From the human T2T-CHM13v2.0 reference genome, Homo sapiens: 64,000 nucleotides of DNA. Position numbers and translations under genes: made by a program. Below, piece by piece: positions 16,401 through 45,385 of the stretch. The notes beneath the pieces are model-generated. The model saw nothing but the letters and a program-made list of their open reading frames with translations. It was not told the DNA's origin and ran no database searches. The stretch lies in NCBI RefSeq assembly GCF_009914755.1, contig NC_060933.1. One strand, 5' to 3'. Every line of letters starts with the position of its first letter. Position 1 is the first letter of the stretch.

Positions 16401-16610
16401 GGTGCCAGGAGTGGGAGGGGGAAATGGAGAGTTATTATTTAAGGTACAGAGTTTCAATTTGGGAAGAGAAAACAGTTCTGGAGATAGATGGTAGTAATGG
16501 TTGCATAGTAATATGAATATAGTAATGCCAATGAATTGTACACTTAAAGATGACTAAAATGTAAATTTTGTTATGTATATTATATCACAGTTTTTTAAAA
16601 ACAAAATAAA
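13500..16610 (+). mobile_element. Old L1M (L1MC/L1MB/L1ME-like) 3' fragments with a partial AluJ (15505-15715, -)
   Basis: Recognisable L1M 3'UTR motifs (aaacctggcagacaccacctt; taagccagtcacaaaaggacaaata...gaggtacctagagtagtcaaattc). Boundaries approximate. Confidence 0.6.
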
Positions 16611-17194
16611 AACTCTAAAATCTAGACTTATCATCTTATTGCTTAAATCAAAGAAATCACGGAGATCCACCTTGCTTGTATTCTTTGAAAGAAATCAGTC
16701 ATTCCTTTCTGAATCCTTCTGGGCATAAGCCACAGGAAAACAAATTCTATACTTTTCTCTCATTTTATTTTCAAATCCTGGATCTACTACGCTGTCATTA
16801 CAGAAGTCTATGATGTTTGTTTCCTTCAGAGTAATGGTCCTTAATCATTCTGGGGTTATAGACGCTTTTGAAGAATCTGATAAAAGCCACTGACCACAAT
16901 TCTTTATCTGAGGATAATGAAGCTGCTTCATCTAGTTCATATATTAGGCTCTCGAAGATTTATATTTTGAGAGGAACAAAGAACCAAATATGACTGAATT
17001 ATAGGCAGAAGTGGGAACTCAAAGCTTGCATGCAAGTCAGGCAGAGAGGTGGAAGCTTCAGCCCACCTGCTTTGGAAAAACTCCATCCCACTTCCCTGGG
17101 TCTCAGTGCAATATGTGCCCTCAGCAAGCCCAGGCTGAATCTATCTGCCCACCTGGACAGAACCAGGAGCCAGCAGCACTACCCACCTGGCTTA

Positions 17195-17422
<228 letters not shown>

Positions 17423-17885
17423 CTAGCAGAGGGATACAAGAGAAGGAAACAGACATCTACTAAGAATCTTCTGTGTGCCTGGTTGTTATATTCACTAAGT
17501 CACTTAATTCCCACAGTCTTGTGCAAATGGTTTTAATAGCCCAGTTTTGAGAGAGGAGAGCACTGAAATTCAGACAGGTTGAGTGTCTTGCACAAGTCAT
17601 AGTTCCTAAGAGGGAAATCTAGGATTCCAACTCAGATGTGGTTGACTCCAGAGTCTGTTTTCAACCACCACACTACACAGAATACACAGAAGATGCACAG
17701 TACAAAATAGTTCCCAAGAATGTGATGTAAAATCTCTGTAGACATAAATTCAAAAGCATCCTTCTCCACTCCAACATGGCAGACTGTGTGACACGTACAC
17801 GTGGGTTCCAGTGAGCCCTATTAGACCTGCCCCTTGTCAACAAGGAATATAATTGAAGTGGGACTCAAAGGCTCCTCAAGGATGA

Positions 17886-19678
<1,793 letters not shown>

Positions 19679-20095
19679 GCCTTCCTATATTCACAGCTGG
19701 CTGTTCTAAATGAAGGCGAGAAATGCCAGAGTATGAGTCATACCTTCTTTGCCCTCTCTCACTGCAGCTACAGCCTGACCAATTCTCCACTTTGACATCA
19801 GCATATGAATTACATGATCTATGAAAACCTTCTATAGATGCATAAACAACTGATCCACTTTAGTTGTTCAATGTTAAGTACACACTGCCATTATTGTTGT
19901 ACCTTCAGGTGGCTTACCTCAGGAATTTAAGAAAAAAGCACATAAAGGAACATTCATCCAAATGATTTTCACGCCACAAACAAGTGACTCTTTCATCATG
20001 GTTAATAACCCCTCACGCATTTCTGAACTTTAAAGTGTACAAAACAATTAAGCAGTCATTATATTTCATTTCTTCTCCACATCATCTACCAATCA

Positions 20096-20410
<315 letters not shown>

Positions 20411-20646
20411 CTATGGAATAAACAATCAGAAAATAATTATAATAATAGCAACAGCACCTACAGTAAGATAGCCACTGCTATGTTAACCACTTACTATATG
20501 CCAAGCACCTTGCCTTATGTTCACCTATATTACTCCATCACTTCCATACATGACAGAGAAGCCTTCACTGGCTGGCACAGACACTCTAAAGTCAACAGCA
20601 TAAGAAAATCATCGAGTATAAAATTCCAAGTTATAAATACACCTAC

Positions 20647-20693
20647 CTGCTTTACCTTGACATATCCCTTGTTACACTCTGCTTTCAACTGTA
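20647..20693 (-). CDS. APTX: Aprataxin exon 3 (VQLKAECNKGYVKVKQ)
   Basis: 47 nt, ctttcag acceptor, CAG|GTAGGT donor, phase-compatible with both neighbours. Confidence 0.96.
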
Positions 20694-21044
20694 CTGAAAG
20701 AGATTGGAAAAAGTTAAACACAAATGCAACAAAGAACCAGGCACTTGCTCCTATCTTCCCTAAAGAAAACAAGCTTCACTACAGGCGGCAGCTGAACAGG
20801 TGGTGTTTCCTTAAAGGCCTATTAGCAATCACCTGTTATTGCAGGTGGCTGGAGCTCCAAATCCTACCAATTTCTAAAGGTTTAAATCCTTCCATAAAAT
20901 GTCCAACAGCGTACATACTCCCTTAGCTATTGCCAAGATCCCTATGAGGCAGCTTCAATTAATCCCCACAAGTTTCCCTATTCCAGAACCCCTGGCCTGC
21001 TCATGATCACAGACTCTGCCGCCAGAAAAGAAGACCTGTTTCTC

Positions 21045-26632
<5,588 letters not shown>

Positions 26633-26699
26633 TGATTATTCCTTAAAGAACTCAAGTGATCTGATAGACCACACAAGGCCAGAAATCAGGTAACCTCAA

Positions 26700-26888
26700 A
26701 TAGTGCTGTCCAATAGAATTTTCTGCAATGACGGAAATGTTCTAAACCTGAACTGTCCAATAAATTACCCACCACGTGACAATCGAGCATCTAAAATGTA
26801 GCTAGTACAACAGAGAAACTACATTTTTTACTTAATAGTTAAATAACTCCACGTGGCTGGGGGGCTACCATAATATCCACCACAGTCC
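26700..26888. mobile_element. MER3-like hAT MITE; a similar element lies at about 61650-61850
   Basis: gtgctgtccaatagaattttctgcaatgacggaaatg motif. Confidence 0.6.
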
Positions 26889-27057
26889 TGGAAACTTGCC
26901 CTGCCCTGATCCATCTCAAGTCCCTCAGGCCTGAAGTTAAGCTCATCATACTGTAACTCCACAGTGCTTATGTATTTCACCTCCCGTTCCTCTTCACAGA
27001 ACTAGTCCCACTTGCCCATCCCTCTCTCTCCTCTCTTCCCCAAGAAACACATACATA

Positions 27058-28785
<1,728 letters not shown>

Positions 28786-30976
28786 TATGTATACCCTTCA
28801 AGTATAATATACTGAACAGCATCTCCCAAATAAATCGCTCTTTTTTTTTTTTTTTCTGAGACAGGGTCTCACTCTGTTGCCCAGATTGGGTGCAGGGCGT
28901 CATCACAGCTCACTGCAGCCTCAACTTCCTTGGGTTAAAGTGGTCCTCCAGCCTCAGCCTCTGGAGTAGCTGGGACTACAGACACACACCACCATGCCTT
29001 GCTAATTTATTTTATTTTGAGATGGGGTTCTCACTATGTTGCCTACACTGGTCTGAAACTCCTGGCCTCAAGCAATCCTCCTGTCTTGACCTCCCAAAGT
29101 GCACGGATTACAGGTAGGAGCCACACCTGGCCTAAGTCATTCTTAATATGGTCTCCTGGTATTCCTTTCTCCTAAAACCCAAATCCTATTTAACTTTCAA
29201 GCCTCACCTCCTCCCTAAAGCCTTCATTGAGCTGTCTTCTCTTCTCTACATCTTATTATTGGATGTGGTCAAACTACCTTCACAGTTCTCTGACTGTTTA
29301 ATGTGGATGTAATTCTACTTTCCAAACAAGATTATAATCTCCCTGCTAACAGACTGCATCACTGCCTACGCATTCACAAAACAATGAGGAGGGGTTTCGG
29401 GAGATCACTGTCCTGGGCCAGGCCTAGTCTTTACTCCAGGATCCCCCGGTTTTCAGCACCTTTATCAAGTGCATACTATGTGCTAGGCACTATGCTAAAT
29501 GTCTTACTTACATGGTCTCATTTTAACACTCACAACTCCATTCTGAGAAGAGAAAATTCAGGATGAGAAGATAAGTAACATGTTCAAGTCACATAGCCAA
29601 TATGTGCCAGAACTACAATTTGAATTCCAAAGAATGGGTTCTTAACCACTGCATCATATAACTTTTGGCTTCACTCATTTGATCGTTCAGTCAAAATTAC
29701 TACACTCCTGTGTATCTTGTGCCATTCTAGTACTGGGAATAAAGAGATAATATATGAGCCCAGCCTTCAAAAAACTCAGCCTTAGCCAGGCATGGTGGCA
29801 CGTACCTGTAGTCCCTGCTACTTGGGAGACTGAGGTGGAAGGATTGCTTGAGCCTAGGGGTTCAAGTCCAGCTTGGGCAACACAGCAACACCTCATCTAA
29901 AAAAAATAAATCTTGTGGAGGAGAAAAACACAGAAACAATTATGTTAATAGTAGATGTGGTAAACATGATGATTGCTCTGTGCAAAGGGTGGAAGCACAA
30001 TGCTAGAGTACCCAACCGAGATTGGGAGGAAGGAGGTGTCAGGAAAAAATTTCCTGGAGGAGGTGGACCTAAACTTTATAACTGAGTCCCATTTATAAAC
30101 TGGGTTAATTAGGTGAAAAGGAGCAGCCTAATTAGGTGAGGAGCAGGAGGTGGAGAAAGGAAACAGGGAGAAGATTCCAAGCAAAGAGAACAACAAGGGC
30201 AAGTACACAAAGAAGAAATAGCACAGTACCCATGAAGATGCCATTCAGTGTTGCTGGAACCTAAAGCATGAGGCAGAGAAGAGGCTGGAGATACAGGCAG
30301 GGTTCAGAACAGGCAGAGCCCTGGCTGAGAAGCTCAAACTTTAGAACTTTCAATGGATTTTGCAAGCCAGTAGACAATGAATGTTTGCTGAATGAATTAG
30401 AGAAAAGAATGGATGAATGCATGGACAGATCTTTAAAGATTAAGCAGGAATTTGATACAGACTTGTTTCCAAAGACCATCTGGGGGTGGAGGGGAGTAAT
30501 GTGAAGAAAAGATATGGGGGAACAGGCCTAGAAGCAGGGAAATCAGTTAGAAGGCCATGATATTGCAGGTAAAAGGACAACAGTAGAGATGGAGAAGACT
30601 GCACAGATTTGAGAGATGTTTAGGGGGTAAAACTATCAGGACTTAGTGATGAATGTGATAAGAGTTAAGTCCAGGAAAGACACTGAGTTCAGTTTCAGTC
30701 ATCTGAATTTGAAGTGTCTGTGGGACTTGCAGGCAGAGCTGTCCAGGAGGATAGTCAGATGTGAGGGTAAAGCTCAGAGAGGTCTAAGCTGACAATTTCA
30801 ATTTGGCGGCATGTAGGAGGTAGTTAAAACCAAGCCAGCTGATGGGTTCACTCAGGCAATGTGTACAGAATGAAAAGAACAGTTTTCATTCTGAATGCTG
30901 GTAATATTATGTATCTGTAACCTAATCTGGATGGTGGTCACATAGGTATAATCATTTTATAAAAACTGGTCAAGCT

Positions 30977-31447
30977 TCACATCCACATGTATGTTTATTG
31001 CAGCACTATTAACAATAGCAAAGAGTTGGAACCAACCCAAATGCCCATCAATGATAGACTGGATAAAGAAAATGTGGCACATATATACCATGGAATATTA
31101 TACAGCCATAAAAAAGAATGAGTTCATGTCCTTTGCAGGGACATGGATGAAGCTGGAAACCATCATTCTCAGCAAACTAACACAGGAACAGAAAACCAAA
31201 CACCACATGTTCTCACTCATAAGTGGGAGTTGAACAATGAGAACACATGGGCAGAGGGAGGGGAACATCACACACTGGGGCGTGTCAGGGGGTGAGGGGC
31301 TAGGGGAGGGATAGCATTAGGAGAAATACCTAATGTAGATGACAGGTTGATGGGTGCAGCAAACCACTATGGCACTTAGTATACACCTATGTAACAAACA
31401 TGCACGTTCTGCACATGTATCCCAGAACTTAAAGTATAAAAAAAAAA
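30977..31447 (+). mobile_element. L1PA (about PA7/8) 3' fragment including the ORF2 C-terminus
   Basis: ORF 30991..31233 (MFIAALLTIAKSWNQPKCPSM...) is the L1 ORF2 end. TSD AAAAA(C/T)TGGTCAAGCT. Confidence 0.9.
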
Positions 31448-32261
31448 TTGGTCAAGCTAAAAAAAAAAAAAGAACAGTTTTTCATTGTTTATATGCCAAA
31501 GTCACAAACAACAGAAACACCCAACATTTTAGGGAAGGAGGAAAATGACTACCCATAGCAGAAATGACTGGTAAGAAAGGCACATGGAGAACAGCTAGAA
31601 TGTAAATTCCTTAAGAGAAAACAATTTATCTGTCTTGTTCATCTCTGTATCCCAATCAATACTTGTTGAATAAATCATCTGAGAGCACTGACACGTAAAG
31701 CAAAGAAGAAGGGAGTAAAGGGATGACCAAGTTCCAAAAGCAGCAAAGAGATCCAGTAATAATCAAAAAATTTTTATCTGGTTTGACAATAGTCACTGGT
31801 GACCTTGGGGTGAAATTTCAGGGGAATGATGGGTCTGAGAGCTAGATACAGAAGGAAACAAAAGGTGAGGAAATGGAGGCAGAGTTCAGAATACTCACTA
31901 AAACAGTTTGGATATAAAGAGAAAGAAAGTTATTGGATGACAGCTAAAGTTATAATGGACCACCAAGGAGTTTTTCTTTCTTCGGCAACGGGAAGTGTCA
32001 GAGATCTGAGAAACCTGGCCTTGTTTATACACGACTGGAAACAGAAATGACAAATGAAAACAAGGTCTCATAAGTGACAGCATAAAATATCAGAAGCAAA
32101 CATAAAGAAACTGCTCTGATTAGAGAGACAATTCATCCTCTGAGACAAAAGGAAAAGGGTATAAATCTTGATGACTTTAAAAGGGAAAGCAGAGGCAGAA
32201 ATGTGAGGGAAAGCACATCTCATGACCCTAATTTTCTCCATAAAATAAAAGGTAACAAACA

Positions 32262-33743
<1,482 letters not shown>

Positions 33744-33779
33744 TGAGGATGCTGCTAAGGTCCCTCAAGTGCCTTTCAC

Positions 33780-34330
33780 GAAGCATTTCTGGCGGAAACG
33801 CTGCCCTTCCCGACAAGCTGGGCCGCCTCCTTGGTTGGACAGGGCCCATTCTCTAATATTTTTTCGGCTTGTGTTGCGACCAAGGTACATACAGGTGTCG
33901 GGAGCACACGTGAACAAACGCAAAGTGGGTCGAAGACCAACGCGAGCGCCCGCTGAAACAGCCCAAGGTAGTAACAGGGGAGGACGGAGAAAGCAGCCGT
34001 GAGAGCAGCGCATGAAAGCAGCGTCATTCAAGGCACATCACTCAAGGGTAGGAGCAGCCTCGGCCGAACGCTCACCCGCGGCATTGAGCCCAGCCAGCAG
34101 AAGAGATAGGCTGACGACCGCCTTACCTCCAGAAGTCGGAGACGGACAAATTCACGTTACTCATCTGTGCCTCACCGCTTCCGGCGCTGCGGGATGACGT
34201 CAGAGGCCGGCTGTATCGCGACCAGTGACGTCACCAGCACCTCTCTAACGGATTGGCTGAAAGAATCTTGCCCACTTCCCAGATCAAAAAGCGTCCGCCC
34301 CAATTGGGTTCTCTCTGGGCCGTGGTCCAA
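33780..34330 (-). promoter_or_regulatory. APTX: APTX proximal CpG-island promoter
   Basis: CpG-rich. Two full CRE palindromes TGACGTCA (34195-34202, 34226-34233), ETS CTTCCGG (34178-34184), CCAAT boxes (34252-34256, 34300-34307), GC box (34295-34300). Confidence 0.85.
34127..34164 (-). CDS. APTX: Aprataxin exon 1, coding part of the N-terminally extended isoform (MSNVNLSVSDFWR)
   Basis: ATG at 34164-34162, then 38 nt to donor AG|GTAAGG. Phase 2 joins the next exon (A GTG ATG ATG) in frame. Confidence 0.85.
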
Positions 34331-34856
34331 CTGAGGATCCTGGAAGTTATGCCTGTGGGGACCAGCTCTCTCAGCATCTCTCTGCCTGAGGGCCACTCGC
34401 CTGTCACTGCCTCACAGTCTCTGAATTGGGTGACATTTCAGACCCAATCCCTCTGTGGACGTTTCTAGGTGGCTGTGCAGCTTCTCGATACTCCATAAGG
34501 AGACGTTCACAACCTTTAAGGCCATCTCTCCTGCTGCAGACAACCTGCTGTAGCACTGCTACTTGCTTTTTAAACTACAGTCCGCTTTCTCCTTTGTGCA
34601 GGGAGGAAAGAATGGAGCGGTAAGAGGCAGGGAAACCTGTTTTTTGTAGTGCTGTGTACACTAAATGAACTGAGGGGCAATCCGGGAGAAAAAAAGCAAG
34701 ATGCAGGGATAAGATGCGTGTACTGATTTTTTACAGCAATTCCAGAAAGTTCCCTAAGAATCATATTGCAGTTATTCAAAGGCATTTTGGCAGAAGGAAC
34801 AATCCCTATCTCGGAGGTAAAAGTATAGTTTATAATTTTTCTCAAGTACAACACAC

Positions 34857-35337
34857 TGGCAAAAATTCTTTGGTTGAATTAGGTTTCTGAATTTTCTGCT
34901 AGGCCCATCTGTGCACTTCCCTGTAAAATCCAGTTTTAGCACAGACCCTGGCTAAGTCAGTTTACCAAGAACCACCACCACCACCCCGCCTTATGTGGTT
35001 ATTCTCAATATCTGATCAGGTTCCTTATTCTCCACTATCCCCCAGATGATGTCTGATTACCTTGGCCTGTCTCCAGCAAGAATCCTGTTAGGTATATTTA
35101 GCCAGAAACTCCTTTACCCCGATGTTTCCTCTTAGTAATTTTCCATCCACTGACCCCTACACAGCTCCTTGGCCATAAATGCCCACTTGCCCATGCTGCT
35201 GTTTGGAGTTGAGCCTAATCTCTCTTCCACTGCAAAACCCCGTTGCAGTGAGCTCTATATACCTATCATGAAGTTCCTGAATAAAGTCTTCCTTACCATG
35301 CTTCAGCAAGTATCATTGAATAATCTTTTCTTTAACA
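34857..35337 (+). mobile_element. Solo LTR (MER31-like)
   Basis: TG...CA ends, aataaagtcttccttacc near the 3' end. Family name from recall. Confidence 0.7.
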
Positions 35338-35899
35338 AAATTGAGATTTAAGGAGTCACATTCTTCATCAAGGTGGAGTATTGTTTCCTTCCATGGAAAA
35401 GCAGAGACTTAATGGTATGATGAAGCTATCAGAGCCTTCAAGACAGAAGGTGGGAGGATCTTCCAAGAAACACAGAGGACAGGCTTGCTTTTGTTAGCAG
35501 AGAAGATGCAGGTTTATATTAGGGTCATATAAGGAAGTGGGAAAACACAAGCAGCATCTCAGCAGCCACACAGGCCTTACAGCTGAGGAATGTTGTTCAC
35601 AACTGCCCAAGATAAAAAGAGGCAACTCTGGTGACCTGACCAGTTTTGTTGTTCCCTCAATTAAGCATCCCTCTCGGTTAAGGGTGCTTCTTTGACCTGC
35701 CTTTGTGTGTCTTGCATCCAAAAGTTGGATTGGATCATTCTAATTACATCATTCACTATATAATGTGCAAAATTGGGCAGAGTTTCCACGTCCTGCTTGT
35801 TAGGCCTAGTCCATTGTCTATAGTGTATTAGTGGCCAGAAAAGCAAGATCACATGGCACAATGTATAGCTAAAGGTATGGCAGGCAGTGAAGACTTTCA

Positions 35900-38610
<2,711 letters not shown>

Positions 38611-40965
38611 TCTGCTCAGGGTTTTGTTGTTTGTTTGTTTGTTTGTTTGTTTTAATTCCAACAGTTAGAAATGAGATCTCACATGAAAACCTGGATTCTG
38701 GCTGGGCTCAGTGGCTCATGTGTGTAATCCCAGCATTTGGGAAGATGAGTCAGGAGGATTGCTTGAGGCCAGGAGTTCAAGATCAGCCCAGCCAACATAG
38801 CAAGACCCTCTCTCTATAAAAAAAATTTTAATAAAAAGAATTTTTTTTAAAAATCAGGATTCCTGATCTCTTGGGGGAAAAATCAATAAATCTAGCCAAG
38901 TCTAACAACAAATAGCTAGAATTGTGAATAGCTGCCATGTGCTCTCCAGTTTGCCACTGTTTCCACCCACTCACTTATATAACCTGTCTGGCCCCCTGAA
39001 AGCCCTTCTTTCTTTAAGATTTTGAGACTCCTGCTCTAAGGGAAAAGCAGTTGGAGGCAGAGTACCTACCTGATCTAAGGGAAAAGCAGGTGAAGCCAGA
39101 GGCTGTGGTTGCCTGGTCCAGAGACTTGCTCAGAAGGAAAAATATGAAATTCTGAGAGAGAGTATAGCTGGGACACCTCATTTTGTTTTGGCATTTGGGG
39201 AAAGCTGTATTAGTCAGAGTTCTCCAGAGAAACAGTAGAGAGGGAGAGGGTTGTGAGGGCGTCAAGAAAGACCTATCTGGCCGGGTGCGGTGGCTCACAC
39301 CTGTAATCCCAACACTTTGGGAGGCCGAGGCAGGCGAATCACGAGGTCAGGAGATCGAGACCATCCTGGCTAACATGGTGAAACCCCGTCTCTACTAAAA
39401 ATACAAAAAATTAGCCGGGCAAGGTGGCGGGTGCCTGTAGTCCCAGCTACTTGGGAGGCTGAGGCAGGAGAAAGGTGTGAACCCAGGAGGCGGAGCTTGC
39501 AGTAAGCCTAGATTGCGCCACTACACTCTAGCCTGGGCGACAGAGCAAGACTCTGTCTCAAAAAAAAAAAAAAAAAAAAAAAGAAAGAAAGAAAGAAAGA
39601 AAGGCCTATCTGAGGAAAGGACAATTAGACTGAGTCCAGAAAGACAGAAAGGAAACAAACACATGAAGACTTGATGGAAAAATATTCTAGGTCTGTGATC
39701 CAAACTGAGGAAAGAGCATGTACAAAGGCCCAATAGCAGGGCTTTTAGATTATTCTTTTAGAGTTGCTAGAAGTCCAGTGGAGGTGAAAATCCAATGGAG
39801 TTAGTGAAAGGAAGATAAGGAGGCCTGAGCAAGGACAATAGTAAACCATTTAAGAACTGTATGTGGATTCATCATTCATTGAAAAACCCCTGAAGAGTTA
39901 GTTAGGAAGTGACATATTTGATGTTCATTTTATGAAGGTCATTGTGGCTGCTGTGAGCAAGAATGGACTAGTGGGGAAGGCAAAAGCAGAAAAGTGGAAA
40001 GCAGTTAGCAGTTTACTGATGCAGTGCAAAGGACGTTGGCAGCCTGAACGAAGGGACAGAAGTTCACTGACTCAAGGGATATTTGGGGGCAGCATCAACT
40101 GGACAAGACAAAACATACTCTTTTCTATAGGCAGTCCTAGGTCTGATGCCAAATCATAAAAGTTATTTAGTGGTGATAGAATGAAAATCTAGCGAAACAT
40201 AAATTTAGCTGCATGTTTCATATATCCAAAAACTTCTTACTGCAAGAACTGCGACATTGCCTTCTCTGACCATATACAGGTCTAAAGTGAGGGGATTTAT
40301 GCTACTAAGTGTAATGAAAACGATATTAAAAAAAAAAAGTAGGTAAACATGTTTTCTCACCCCTAGGGTGAAACAACTTTGATGTGTGTACTACACTGTC
40401 TCCCCAACGCTCCCCACCAAGACTGAGCCCAGGCTGCCCAGAGGGGTACTCTGCCTATCAACCCGTCCTCTGCTGGTTTCCTTCCCATCCCTGTCTCACT
40501 TCTTCACTCCCCTGCTGGTAATTCTTGAGATCATCTCCAAAGTACCAGCATTCCAAATCCTTGTGACACTGTCTGCTCTGGGGGAATCCAACCTAATGCA
40601 CTCCTCCTATTTTCTAGTATCATTTTATTTACTTTTTAGATAAGTTAACCTCCTACTGCTTCCCAACTTCGTTATGTCATGGCACAAAGATAAAATTCTA
40701 ATATTTGCAGAACACATGGGGGTAAATCTGAGGGGAGGCCTATGAGGAGCTTGGTGAAAAAAATTTCCTTATTTTTTCTTTATAATTATATATAATAATA
40801 TAAATAAACAACAAAGTATTGGGGAAAATAACATTGATTTTGGCTACATATCCAAGTAAAATATTTTTAGATTTTTTTTGATGAGGAAATTGAGCATATT
40901 TCTGTAAATATAACCTTTATGATATTAAGGTTTCATGATAAAATAGCTATACAATTTCTGACTAA

Positions 40966-41448
<483 letters not shown>

Positions 41449-42059
41449 TAATCATACCTGTAATTGGGACACCAGTTGAGCAGTTCTGTTCTATACATTA
41501 CAGTGTAAACATGATGAGGTATTCATAAAAACTACACCCTGTAAATTCACTTTAAAATCTTCCAACTATAATTTACCCTCTATTATTTTCAACTCCTGCT
41601 TTTAGGACTGGTTAACTTCTCCCACTATGTGCTGATTTCTTGAATCTTATTAACTCTTAACTCTTTCAAGGATCTAATTTTTAAGAGTTTAGGAGATGAT
41701 TACTGTAATCCCAAGCACTGACATTCATATCATTGGTGGTTTGTGGAAAATTTTATTTCAATTCAGCAATGCTGATCTGTGTAAATCACAGATCTTATAG
41801 TGGTCTATCCTGAAATTTCTTATAAACATTAAGAAGAAAGGCACAGGAATGCCTTCTAACTTACTTAACCTGCCTTGCCTTCCACCACCTCTTTAGTCCC
41901 AGCCTTGTACCAGCAATATTGAACTTCCTACCCTTTCCCCCACCCCAATACATCAGTATATTGAGTTCCTTGATGTTCGTGCTATTCTTTCTGGAATGTT
42001 ATTCTTTCTTTTCTCCCTAATTCACTCTTGTCCCCTCCAATCCAATCACACTGCAACTA

Positions 42060-42413
<354 letters not shown>

Positions 42414-42954
42414 TCATTCCCCTGCTTAAATCCTTTACCAATGCTCATCAAATTAAGAATAAACTCCCTTGTTTGGTCAGTTTTACAGAAGTTCTTGTCC
42501 ATCTCTCTAATCTCATCTACCACTCTCTCCTCGCCTATTTGCCCAAACACAGGGCCTTTCCTTCAATTTCTTGAACCCATTCAGTCAAGAGTCCTGGGTT
42601 GAAACTTAGAAAACTTCTCTGGCTACTTTAAAGACTGATGGGGCTGCCTTCTGCACCATCTCCAAACCATAAGAACCTTACGGTATCTGGGCCCTCAATC
42701 TCACAATCACAGACAGGCAATAGTAGTTCCCAGAACAGGAGGGCCTGGGCTCTTGGCACCGTCAGACCAGCTCCTCTTACTAGTCAACTGGGAGAGACAT
42801 GGCTATAGGAGCCCACACGGATACCCACATCCCACAGTCTCAGGGTCTTGGCCTCCAGTCAGATGAAACCAAAGCAACTCTAGCTCTCCATTGGCTGGCG
42901 CATTCATTCATTCATTCAACTCTGAGCAACTTCTACATGTCAGGAATCACTCTA

Positions 42955-43786
<832 letters not shown>

Positions 43787-43806
43787 TCATGTGGATATCT
43801 GGGTGA

Positions 43807-44081
<275 letters not shown>

Positions 44082-44904
44082 TGATCCACCCGCCTCGGCC
44101 TCCCAAAGTGCTGGGATTACAGGCATGAGCCACCGCGCCCGCCCGAAGTGCCATATTTTTTAAAAGGTTACTCTAATTATTTTATGGCACCAGAATCTTA
44201 AAGAGAGGGAATGGTTTCCAATTCTGCGTTTCTTTAAATGTATCCATTCATCAAACACTTAAGAGTGCCTTCTCTGTGTCACGCAGTGGGGTCCATGTTG
44301 AGTCAACAAGCCAGACACAGCCCTTCCCCTTAAGGAGCTTTCAGTCTACTGAGGACAGCTGCAGGACACGCTCACCTTTCACAGCCTCAGTGCTGAGCCC
44401 ACTCTCCTGAACCTGCAGTCTCCTTACTGCTAGTCTTTCCAATATTGCATTGCTGCTCTTTCTCCCACTTGTCTTTCTTACTGCACTTCAGACTGGACGT
44501 CCAGTGGCATTTTCCTGAGCATGGTTTGGTCCCTCTTGACAACAAATTTGAATGTCTACACATTTACACCATTCAGACAACCCCGAGACACTCCTACTTT
44601 GTCATTCTTTTCACAAGCAAAGCTCCAGCTGTCTATGTGAAAATAATACTATTTCAACAACTGTCTTCACCATACGTTTAACCACAGTAAAACTTCTGCT
44701 TTCATAGAATAATATTGCTCCTAAATTATGAGGCCTGTAACAAAAATTTTAACCACCCTCCAAAGGGCTTTGATTCACAAGAGACCTTACTTTTCACCTG
44801 TATGACTTCTTGGATATTTTAGAGAGAGAGGATATAGCATACATGATTAAAGAAAAAAAAAGAACGCAAAATTTTTTAGAAAATGTATACTTAGCCTTTC
44901 TCTC

Positions 44905-45385
44905 TGTGGTAGCCAATTACTTTAGTAGACCTAATTGATTCTCCCCTTTCAGAATTCCTACCCTTCCATAGTCCCCTTCCACATTGACTGGACTTGGCTG
45001 AGTGACTGGCTTTTGCCAATGGGACACTACCAAGTACAATACAAGCAGAACCTTAATAACTGCTTACACATTGTGGCCTATCCTCTGGGGGTGCTCCTGT
45101 TCAAAGGATCCAGCTGCCATGCTGTAAGAAGCCCAACTTAGCCACATGAAGGAGAGGTCCCAGCAGAGCTCCCAGCCAGTAACAGCCAGTATATGAGTGA
45201 CCCAGCTTGGAAGTGGGTCCTCCAGCCCTAGGGAAGCCACCCTAGCAGTTGCTACACAGAACAGAGATGCACTATCCCTGCTAAGCCCTGCCCCAACTGC
45301 GGAATTCTGATTAAATAAATGATTGCTACCTTAAGTCACCAATTTTGAGGGCAGCTTGCTAAACAGCATTAGATAACCAGAACAC
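44905..45385 (+). mobile_element. MaLR LTR (MLT1-like)
   Basis: tgtggtagcc start, cagctgccatgctgtaagaagccc, aaataaatgattg, gataaccagaaca end. Confidence 0.65.
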
